Virus record (IMG/VR): IMGVR_UViG_3300017912_002326
Location: 1-24,572 of that record
DNA length: 24,572 nt
From: a virus
Taxonomy: Duplodnaviria > Caudoviricetes
Direction: 5' to 3' (one strand)
The notes below the pieces were generated by a model. That model was not told the origin of the DNA and ran no database searches. It saw nothing but the letters and a program-made list of their open reading frames with translations. Shown here one piece after another: positions 17,725 through 24,572 of the stretch. The stretch's first letter is position 1. Every line of letters starts with the position of its first letter. The position numbers and the translations under genes were made by a program.

Positions 17725-18450
17725 TTATCTATACAGTTTATTCAATACCGAGTTATGAGAGTTCGGTACAGTCCAACTGTTTTTCTTTTGTTTGTTAAAC
17801 TTAGAAGTTTCGATTGGAGCTCCATCTAATTTCTTAGATTCTAACTCTTCTTCTTTTTCTTCTTCCTCTTCAAGTTTTTCTTTTTCTTCCTTGATTTCTT
17901 CCATGTATTTAACGAGTTCTTCGATTCTTTCTTTCATCTCTTCGATTTTAGAATCGTGTTCTCCAAGTTTAGTTTTTAAGTCTACAATCTCTGCATCCTT
18001 ATCAACCACCTCCTCGTCAACCATTTCTTCTTCTTTATCTTCATCAGATTCTAAAGTTACTTGTTCTGGAAGTTCTGTTACTTCACCAGATTCAGGTAGT
18101 TTTTCTACCTCTTCTGTTGATACATCAGCCATTTCTTCTTCTTTGTCCTCATGCTCCTCAGCTTCAATCTCAACATTCTCTCTTTCTTTAATGATACCAT
18201 CTTCAGTAAAGATTTTGATTCTGTTAATATTTCCGCTTTCGTCTTTTAATTCAAGTAAGTGTTCTCCATCAGGAGCAGGAGTTTTAGTACCATCTTCATT
18301 GATGACTTCAACAGACTCACCTACATCAAAAGTTGGAGATTCAACAAGAGTTCCATCAGCTAATCGTGCTACTGTAAGTTTATCTTCTTTTCTTTCTTCT
18401 TGTAAAGAAAGTAAAGTCATAATCTTACCTAATACTGTGTTTGAATTCAT
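17725..18450 (-). CDS. Capsid scaffolding-like protein (241 aa; start revised to ATG at 18450)
   Basis: Very acidic, C-terminal coiled coil, PAPDGEHLL motif, directly upstream of the capsid gene. The track's TTG start at 18501 lies inside the promoter motif. Confidence 0.75.
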   Translation of the reverse strand: MNSNTVLGKIMTLLSLQEERKEDKLTVARLADGTLVESPTFDVGESVEVINEDGTKTPAPDGEHLLELKDESGNINRIKIFTEDGIIKERENVEIEAEEHEDKEEEMADVSTEEVEKLPESGEVTELPEQVTLESDEDKEEEMVDEEVVDKDAEIVDLKTKLGEHDSKIEEMKERIEELVKYMEEIKEEKEKLEEEEEKEEELESKKLDGAPIETSKFNKQKKNSWTVPNSHNSVLNKLYR

Positions 18451-18487
18451 AGTTTTTCTCTCTTTTTTTAGGTTATATAAATTTATA

Positions 18488-18501
18488 TATCTATATAACA
18501 A
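18488..18501 (-). promoter_or_regulatory. Putative phage late promoter TTGTTATATAGATA upstream of scaffold/capsid
   Basis: Exact copy of 22569-22582, in the intergenic gap. Confidence 0.6.
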
Positions 18502-18527
18502 GTTAATAGTTGTTTGTAGTAATTTTT

Positions 18528-19664
18528 TTAATAGTTTGCTCTAAACCTACCAGCTATGTGATTACCATTTAGAACTGATTTTATTTTTTCTTTTCCTATT
18601 AATGGTATTTTAAATATTGCATGAACAGATGCAAAGTTACCACTAAACAGATACATATCACCTTCTAATGATGTTACAACTGCTTCTATATTAGAAGAAG
18701 GAGCTGAGAATGTTGCAAGTGTTTCACTTACAGGGTCAAATACACCAATTGTATTACCACCAGCAAACATTATCTTACCATCATACATCAACTCATGTAC
18801 TGTCCATCCATATTGTGCTCCTGCTTGACCTATAATTTGTATAGACCTTGAATTGGGTTCTATCTTTAAAATATTATAAGGTGAGTTAAATCCAATAGAA
18901 TACATAAATCCATTAGGATGTTGACAAATGTTTCTATATCCATCATTAGAAAATCCTGATGATAATCCATCATTCCAGTTTTGTTGTGCTACTGTTTCTA
19001 AATTGCAATTAAATATCATAAACCCATTAGCACCACCTCCACCAAGAGTATGCCATTGTTCATTATTCCATGCTAATGCTCCAATGTTATGGTCACCAGA
19101 AAATGTAACACCCATATCATCTAAACCATTATCTAATATTCCAATTCTAAAAACATCTCTATCTGGTCTTGTTGTACCATAAGCATATCTACCATCCAAT
19201 GTTGGACAAACAGGATAAAATGCAGCTTCAGGTATAGAACCTGTTACATTATAAGATACTGTATCTGTTGTTGTATCTACTGTTGTTAAGTTAAGAGAAC
19301 CATTAGGTCCACCACTTATATAAATCTTTTCTGTAAATGGTGAATTAAATGCAGCAAATGAACGAAGGTTTGTACCAACCGAAGAACTTGTTGCAGTATC
19401 TGTTGTTGGGTCAAATACAACTACATTTTGTCCAACATCTTGTCCACCATATATCTTACCATTAGAAGCAATGGTAGCAAATCTTAAACCATTAGTAGGT
19501 AAAGAACAAACATTTGTAATAGAGCCAGTATCATAAAAAACTCCATTATCTTCATTAAAATATTGTTGATTAGCTCTTAACCATTGCATAGATTCAAACT
19601 CTGTCCAATCTAATGCTTTTTGGTCAGGAAATTCTAATCCTTCAAATGCTACTGCTGCTATCAT
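18528..19664 (-). CDS. Beta-propeller protein (378 aa), likely fibre-tip/adhesin partner
   Basis: About seven ~42-aa blade-like units: SNGKIYG, TEKIYIS, DGRYAYG, NNEQWH, NGFMYSI, DGKIMFA, EGDMYLF. Confidence 0.7.
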   Translation of the reverse strand: MIAAVAFEGLEFPDQKALDWTEFESMQWLRANQQYFNEDNGVFYDTGSITNVCSLPTNGLRFATIASNGKIYGGQDVGQNVVVFDPTTDTATSSSVGTNLRSFAAFNSPFTEKIYISGGPNGSLNLTTVDTTTDTVSYNVTGSIPEAAFYPVCPTLDGRYAYGTTRPDRDVFRIGILDNGLDDMGVTFSGDHNIGALAWNNEQWHTLGGGGANGFMIFNCNLETVAQQNWNDGLSSGFSNDGYRNICQHPNGFMYSIGFNSPYNILKIEPNSRSIQIIGQAGAQYGWTVHELMYDGKIMFAGGNTIGVFDPVSETLATFSAPSSNIEAVVTSLEGDMYLFSGNFASVHAIFKIPLIGKEKIKSVLNGNHIAGRFRANY

Positions 19665-19667
19665 ATA

Positions 19668-22304
19668 TTAAGAAAAGTTTTTAATACCAGTTGCTAATAC
19701 ACTTGTTCCATCATAAGATATCATAGTTAACATATCTACTGCAGAACCTGTTGTAGTTGCAGTAAATGGATAACCACCAGCAAATTTAACTGAAGGAGCA
19801 AATGATATAGAACCACTACTAACTGGTTGTGTTATTTGAATGTTTACAGTTTGTCCTGCTTTTATGTTTGTTGGGTCTAAGTGTGTATCTGTACCAGAAG
19901 CAAGAGTTAAAGTAAACATATTACCATCACTAAAGTTAACTGATGCAGTTTGTGATGTTACTGTTAATGTATTTACATAATTGTTTATTGAACCAGTCAC
20001 ACCAAGTGAACCACTAATTTGTGCATCTCCATCAAATGGGAATCCACCACCTCCACCACCACCGAATGAACTCGTAGCAACGGTTGTAGTAGTGTTTGTA
20101 CTATCACCTACCCAAACATATCCTTCTTGTAAAGATGCTGTTACAGTACCACCTATAAATTGATTACCATGAATACTAGCAGATGATGAGATATCAGCTG
20201 ATGCAGTTAATGAACCATCAATGTTAATTGTAAGTGGTGTTGCGTATCCATCACCAGGATTAGCAAATACAAATTGTTGTTGCATGTAAATTGGAACAGT
20301 AGATGCTGGGTTACCAATCTCTGCTGATTGAACAGCTGGGTTAGTCATAAATGATACATTACTACCACCAACATTTAAACTTGCATTATTTGCATCATCT
20401 AAAGTTAACTTGATGTTTGCGTTTTGACCTCCAACTCCTTCACTAACAACTAATGCATGTGCAAGAGGTCCAAATGATGCTCTTGATTCACCAGCAAAGT
20501 TCGAACCACTTGTTTCAAAATCAAATGAAGCAGGAGCTGCAAATTCGTTATTCGTATTGTTACCATAGATACCAAAGTTTGCAACATCCATGTTGTAACC
20601 TCTACCATCTAAGTTACTATATTTAGGAAATTCCCAAAGTGTTTGTCTACCAAATGCTGGTGCTAATCCTTGAGCATTAAATAATATAGAAGTACCTGCT
20701 GCTGTTTCAATTGAACCACTAAATATATTATCACCATCAGCGGTGTTGTTAGCATTTAATTGGAAGTATCTTGCATCGTATGAACCTGTTAACTGGTCTG
20801 AACCACTAACAGTTCCACTTGGAATTGATGTTTGCAAAGATGAAGTTTGTATTTCTGATGTTTTACCACTTGAGTTACCAACAAATACATATCCTTCTTG
20901 TAATGATGCAGTTAGTTCATTTGTAATTACAGTATTACTACTAATATCAGTAGATGAACTTAAAGGTGTTAATACTGCAACAGTACCATCTGTATAAGTT
21001 GATGCATTTTGGAATCTAAATATTTCTACTTCAGTTGATGGAGAAACAATAGCAATACAAGGTTCATCACCTGATAATCCTATATCACTTGATTTAGCTG
21101 CTAATATAAGTTGTCTATCTACTGAACCTGATTGGTTAATGATTTTGAATGCAGTATCATCCATTCTTACTGTACCATCGGTTAATCCATTTGTAAGTTG
21201 TAAGAATGTATTACCACTTGTACCATTGAATCCAAGTGTGTTTTGTACAACACCTGGTTTACTTTGTTGGAATTGTTGTCCACCATTACCATCATCTTGT
21301 GTAATAAGAGTTTGAGAATTAAATGTATTTTGTTTAAATAAAAATTCTACTAATTCTGTTTCAGCCGTTAACGATGCTGTTGTATTTCCATTTGCAACTT
21401 TTAATGTATCTTGTATAGTTAAAGAACCACTAATCTCAGCAGAACCTGTAAATGGAAAAGCAGAACTACCTGCAAAAGATGATGTTGCTACTGTTTGTGG
21501 TACTCCATTAGAATCTCCTACCCACGCATATCCTTCAGTAATATTTGGTAAATCATTACTTCTACCTGCTCCACTAATAACTCCACTACCATTCGTAGCA
21601 TCACTAACAATTACTTTACCTAAGTTTTGTATTTGGTTAGAGCCTGTTGGTTTTTGGTTTGTATATCCACCATTTGCACCTACATAGATTACATCACCTG
21701 ATGCGAATGCAGATGTATCAACACCATTTATAAATCCTAATAATAAACCATTACCTTCTCCATCAGATGTTAATTCTTGATTTAGTACATATGCTGCCGG
21801 CATTCTATCATCTCTTGATGCTGATGCTGCAAATACATGAACTGCATTACCTGTTGAACCACTTGCATAAACAGGTGTTCCTTTTGGTAATGTATATCCT
21901 TCTTTATTCTTTACTGTTTCAAATACTTGTCTTGGAGTTGCCTCTACCTCGAATGTAGAACCATCTCCTTTAGTAAATGTAATTGTTGAAAACTCAGCTG
22001 ATGCGGTTGTTAATAACGAACCTGTATCTATTACACTTCCACTTGCATCAGGTATATTAACATCAAAAGTAGAACCATCACCTTTAGTGAAAGTCATATC
22101 TCTTGTTCCATTATCGAAAGATGCTGTTGTTAACAATGAGCCAGAATCAACTGTAAATGACCCACTATCTTCATTGGATACCATCGAATCAATAATATCT
22201 TCATTAAAAGTTCTCAGTAACTCGGGTGTAATAAACTGAGAATTGTTATTAGGAAAACTTGAGTTGTTTTCCGTTCTTAATTGCGATTTAGTTTTACTGC
22301 TCAT
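19668..22304 (-). CDS. Large fibre/spike-like virion protein (878 aa), possibly a head fibre
   Basis: S/T/G-rich beta-type sequence; internal repeats (TFTKGDGSTF x2; EGYxxVG x3); C-terminal ~100-aa domain similar to that of 11495..12931. Confidence 0.75.
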   Translation of the reverse strand: MSSKTKSQLRTENNSSFPNNNSQFITPELLRTFNEDIIDSMVSNEDSGSFTVDSGSLLTTASFDNGTRDMTFTKGDGSTFDVNIPDASGSVIDTGSLLTTASAEFSTITFTKGDGSTFEVEATPRQVFETVKNKEGYTLPKGTPVYASGSTGNAVHVFAASASRDDRMPAAYVLNQELTSDGEGNGLLLGFINGVDTSAFASGDVIYVGANGGYTNQKPTGSNQIQNLGKVIVSDATNGSGVISGAGRSNDLPNITEGYAWVGDSNGVPQTVATSSFAGSSAFPFTGSAEISGSLTIQDTLKVANGNTTASLTAETELVEFLFKQNTFNSQTLITQDDGNGGQQFQQSKPGVVQNTLGFNGTSGNTFLQLTNGLTDGTVRMDDTAFKIINQSGSVDRQLILAAKSSDIGLSGDEPCIAIVSPSTEVEIFRFQNASTYTDGTVAVLTPLSSSTDISSNTVITNELTASLQEGYVFVGNSSGKTSEIQTSSLQTSIPSGTVSGSDQLTGSYDARYFQLNANNTADGDNIFSGSIETAAGTSILFNAQGLAPAFGRQTLWEFPKYSNLDGRGYNMDVANFGIYGNNTNNEFAAPASFDFETSGSNFAGESRASFGPLAHALVVSEGVGGQNANIKLTLDDANNASLNVGGSNVSFMTNPAVQSAEIGNPASTVPIYMQQQFVFANPGDGYATPLTINIDGSLTASADISSSASIHGNQFIGGTVTASLQEGYVWVGDSTNTTTTVATSSFGGGGGGGFPFDGDAQISGSLGVTGSINNYVNTLTVTSQTASVNFSDGNMFTLTLASGTDTHLDPTNIKAGQTVNIQITQPVSSGSISFAPSVKFAGGYPFTATTTGSAVDMLTMISYDGTSVLATGIKNFS

Positions 22305-22309
22305 TGTTC

Positions 22310-22558
22310 CTATCTTATTATTGTTATATCAAATCCATCTGAGAAACCATTTGAGAATCCACCTCTTCTTACAACAGTAGATTCTGTCTTTCCTATTCCT
22401 TGATTAATTAGGTAACCATCACAACATTCTCTTGAGTATGTATTACTATTAGCACATAAACAACCTCTACGCGAATTCTTCGGTGAGGATTTACCAATAG
22501 TTTTACCTATATAAATGCCAGTTTCTCTTCTTTTTCTTAAACTTCTGGAATATGACAT
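22310..22558 (-). CDS. Small basic Cys-rich protein (82 aa) with C-terminal GFSNGFSDGF motif
   Basis: SSPKNSRRGCLC...YSRECCDG.LINQGIG; ATG downstream of the promoter motif. Confidence 0.8.
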   Translation of the reverse strand: MSYSRSLRKRRETGIYIGKTIGKSSPKNSRRGCLCANSNTYSRECCDGYLINQGIGKTESTVVRRGGFSNGFSDGFDITIIR

Positions 22559-22568
22559 AAATTCTTTT

Positions 22569-22582
22569 TATCTATATAACAA
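22569..22582 (-). promoter_or_regulatory. Putative phage late promoter TTGTTATATAGATA
   Basis: Intergenic; identical 14-mer at 18488-18501; related motifs in six other intergenic gaps. Confidence 0.6.
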
Positions 22583-22607
22583 AAGAAACTACAATTATAT
22601 TGGTTAT

Positions 22608-22901
22608 CTATCTCTTATACTTACTCATGGTAGCTCTATGTATAGCTTGTTCCATTGTATTCTTATCAGCAAGATAACATAAGTACAACAAACACTCTTC
22701 TAAAGGTGATGAGGTTATTTCTTCGAATTTACTGAGGTCATGGTTTGCGAGGATTGCAACTGATTGATAACCTCTCCACTTGTGCGTAAAATTTGCTTGA
22801 TGTGTTGCGGCTGGTGTGGATTGGTCAATACCTCCTCCATCAAAGATTTCCGGATATCGTTCAGCAAGTCCAGATAGATACGATTGAAGAAAAAAAAACA
22901 A
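22608..22901 (-). CDS. -1 frameshift extension of the chaperone gene (gpT-like); fusion about 262 aa
   Basis: Only start is a TTG immediately before the T9 run; frame is -1 relative to 22715..23395; helical C-terminus (PLEECLLYLCYLADKN). Confidence 0.65.
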   Translation of the reverse strand: MFFFLQSYLSGLAERYPEIFDGGGIDQSTPAATHQANFTHKWRGYQSVAILANHDLSKFEEITSSPLEECLLYLCYLADKNTMEQAIHRATMSKYKR

Positions 22902-23395
22902 CCAAAGTGAAAATCCATATTCACATCATACCATTTCTCTGTATCTAATACTTTATCTGAGTTATAGTTTTCTATTTCATATAGAGCACCTTGTTTCTTC
23001 TTTACAGGTCTGTATAAGATAGAAAGTATCTTAGGCCAGTTCTTATCTAATGTAAGGGTTTCTATTTTACTTATATCTAAATAAGCACCATAAGCCATTT
23101 GTGATAAGTTAGGTTCGAACCCATACTCTACATTATCTATTGTAATAAACTTTTGTAATTCGTAATCTGTTTTGTTTAGAAGTTTATATAAATCTTTTTT
23201 AATCTTCTCTACTGTTTCGTTATCTAATGCACGAGCAACTTCAGGTGTTATACCACATAAGTTATAAAGTAAGAATGCATCTTGTGCTTGTGAATCATCA
23301 CTATAACTTTCTAAATCGTTTTGTATTGTAATGTATTTCCTAAGATTAATCGCTGAATAATCAGTAGGTACTGTTATCTTAACTTCTTTTTTCAT
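22715..23395 (-). CDS. Putative tail assembly chaperone (lambda gpG-like), 0-frame product, 226 aa
   Basis: Helical protein with TGT TTT TTT TTC slippery run at 22890-22898 and an overlapping open -1 frame; G/GT architecture. Function is inferred from that architecture. Confidence 0.6.
   Translation of the reverse strand: MKKEVKITVPTDYSAINLRKYITIQNDLESYSDDSQAQDAFLLYNLCGITPEVARALDNETVEKIKKDLYKLLNKTDYELQKFITIDNVEYGFEPNLSQMAYGAYLDISKIETLTLDKNWPKILSILYRPVKKKQGALYEIENYNSDKVLDTEKWYDVNMDFHFGCFFFFNRIYLDLLNDIRKSLMEEVLTNPHQPQHIKQILRTSGEVINQLQSSQTMTSVNSKK
22890..22898 (-). promoter_or_regulatory. Slippery site T TTT TTT / T TTT TTC for -1 programmed frameshift
   Basis: A9 on + strand; X XXY YYZ heptamer in the 0 frame exactly where the -1 ORF begins. 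Confidence 0.7.
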
Positions 23396-23736
23396 TTTGG
23401 TAATTTTCCTTTAACTTCTGTGAACTTAACTGATGGAGGTAAAAAGTTTGGTGTACTCTTTTCTTCTTCTACACTTACATCTATAAAATTATCACTTTCT
23501 AATTTTAAATCTGTTATCTCTATTTTCTGATGTCCTATAATTGATTTTAATTTTAGAATATCACCTCTTTGTTTCTGCAGTTGTGAATCTCTTAACTTTA
23601 TCTCTGCTTCTAAATCTTTTATATCTTCTTTTAATTTATGAGTATAAGTTGCTAGTTGTTCAAGATGTACAAAAATCTCATACTTGTTTTTATTCTCATA
23701 TTCAGGTGGTAATTTTACTTCTATTATCTTTGCCAT
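23392..23736 (-). CDS. Hypothetical coiled-coil protein (114 aa)
   Basis: Start overlaps terL stop (TAATG) and stop overlaps next start (ATGA); heptad-like LKEDIKDLEAEIKLRDSQLQ. Confidence 0.75.
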   Translation of the reverse strand: MAKIIEVKLPPEYENKNKYEIFVHLEQLATYTHKLKEDIKDLEAEIKLRDSQLQKQRGDILKLKSIIGHQKIEITDLKLESDNFIDVSVEEEKSTPNFLPPSVKFTEVKGKLPK

Positions 23737-24572
23737 TATTTAAAACTTATTGTGTACTTTCCTTTGTTCTGCTGTTTTATACTCAATCTACTCATTGCAA
23801 AATATCTTAGAGCATCAATGAGGTGGTCATTAAATCCATTTGGTTTATCTAATACTATTCCATTCTTATCTGTTGCGTATTCGTATCCATATAGTTCATC
23901 TATTAGATGCGTACTATTCTTATCTACACAAATACCAAAGTTCTGTAATACAGAGATACCAAAACTTATTGAATCAGGCCCTTTCTTAACAGGCTTAATA
24001 TTATAACCACTTCTATAAATCTCTTCAATCAAACGAGGCTCTGCACTATCGGCCCAAATTTCATCTTGTCTACCAATATTTAACGAATCAAATTTTCTGA
24101 TTATATCTTGTGTTGTTAGAGCTCTATCGTACATCAGTTCTCGTACATATATCATATCATGGTGTCTGTGTACTGCTACCATTGCAGTTGGGTCTTGCGA
24201 GAATCCAAAGTCTAACCCAAATCCTAATAGTTCGTGTTCATGTGGAAACTCTTCTACGATTTGGAAGTTTTGGAATACTGCCTTTTCGTTTACTGTATAT
24301 TCACCTAAACCATATATCTGATAATACTTTGGATTCTTATGTTGAAGAGCTTCTATCTCTTTTACCATTGATTCTGGTAAGTAAGGATTATCACGATAAG
24401 TTGTCTTAAATATTTCTACATCATCCATGTTACGAAGAAAGTGATAAGGTGAAACAGTTGGGTTATAAGCTAAGATAATCTCACCACTTGTTCTAATACT
24501 CAATTGAACGTAAGATTCTTCGTGTTGTTCTGATGCTTCATCAATAAACAAAATATCACTCTTAACACCTCT
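23736..24572 (-). CDS. terL: Terminase large subunit, PBSX-like (5' end outside window)
   Basis: Frame is open to the window edge (RGVKSDILFIDEA, Walker B); LAYNP coupling motif; RNase H-like nuclease motifs GLDFGFSQDP, ADSAEP and DHLIDALRY. Confidence 0.95.
   Translation of the reverse strand, partial: RGVKSDILFIDEASEQHEESYVQLSIRTSGEIILAYNPTVSPYHFLRNMDDVEIFKTTYRDNPYLPESMVKEIEALQHKNPKYYQIYGLGEYTVNEKAVFQNFQIVEEFPHEHELLGFGLDFGFSQDPTAMVAVHRHHDMIYVRELMYDRALTTQDIIRKFDSLNIGRQDEIWADSAEPRLIEEIYRSGYNIKPVKKGPDSISFGISVLQNFGICVDKNSTHLIDELYGYEYATDKNGIVLDKPNGFNDHLIDALRYFAMSRLSIKQQNKGKYTISFK

Noticed and set aside
18451-18501. Track's N-terminal extension of the scaffold (MLYRYINL...)
   Set aside because: The TTG lies in the promoter motif; ATG 18450 has the same leader as the capsid gene.
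17792-18544. 250-aa Ser-rich + strand ORF
   Set aside because: Antisense shadow of the Glu-rich scaffold gene (GAA reads as TTC/TCT on the other strand); no independent signals.
9455-22304. Diversity-generating retroelement acting on fibre genes
   Set aside because: No reverse transcriptase, and no near-identical DNA repeat pair differing at adenines was seen; the repeats are diverged at the protein level.
399-24409. Other + strand ORFs (399, 1578, 4210, 4687, 5199, 5849, 12213, 14451, 14874, 16801, 16821, 18928, 19981, 20743, 21767, 23541, 23752, 24110)
   Set aside because: All lie opposite well-supported minus-strand genes and show no recognisable motifs.
1-24572. Stop-codon reassignment
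   Set aside because: Standard-code ORFs already tile the window densely and TAG, TGA and TAA all act as stops.
1-24572. CRISPR array, tRNA, integrase/att site, intron or intein, endolysin
   Set aside because: No spaced direct repeats, cloverleaf, recombinase or lysin motifs, or interrupted core genes were recognised by eye.

Overview
AT-rich (roughly 30% GC by eye) fragment of a tailed dsDNA phage, most likely a siphovirus of a Bacteroidota/Flavobacteriia host (inferred from a TTG-N20-TAnnTTTG promoter and mostly SD-less starts). Nearly the whole window is one minus-strand morphogenesis region. Read right to left: large terminase (5'-truncated), tail-assembly-chaperone-like gene with a -1 slippery site, Cys-rich peptide, 878-aa fibre, beta-propeller, scaffold, major capsid, tail tube, portal, adaptor, tail-completion gene split at a T11 run, second fibre, Gly-rich/LamG adhesin, a nucleotidyltransferase-like insert, HK97-gp10-like protein, tail-tip proteins, a short tape measure, an XkdF-like prohead protease, a holin-like peptide and small accessory genes (SH3/WYL-like, SET domain on the + strand, second NTase-like). 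Most notable: (1) a directional [ST]-G-S / [ST]-x-S tripeptide concentrated in predicted virion-surface proteins and nearly absent from the others, a candidate modification (glycosylation-like) sequon, in a window with two orphan NTase-fold genes; (2) two fibre-plus-partner gene pairs sharing a C-terminal adaptor domain; (3) two homopolymer frameshift sites; (4) a repeated TTGTTAWA putative late promoter that would give leaderless mRNAs for two genes. All family calls come from motif recognition, not database searches, and all counts were done by hand.
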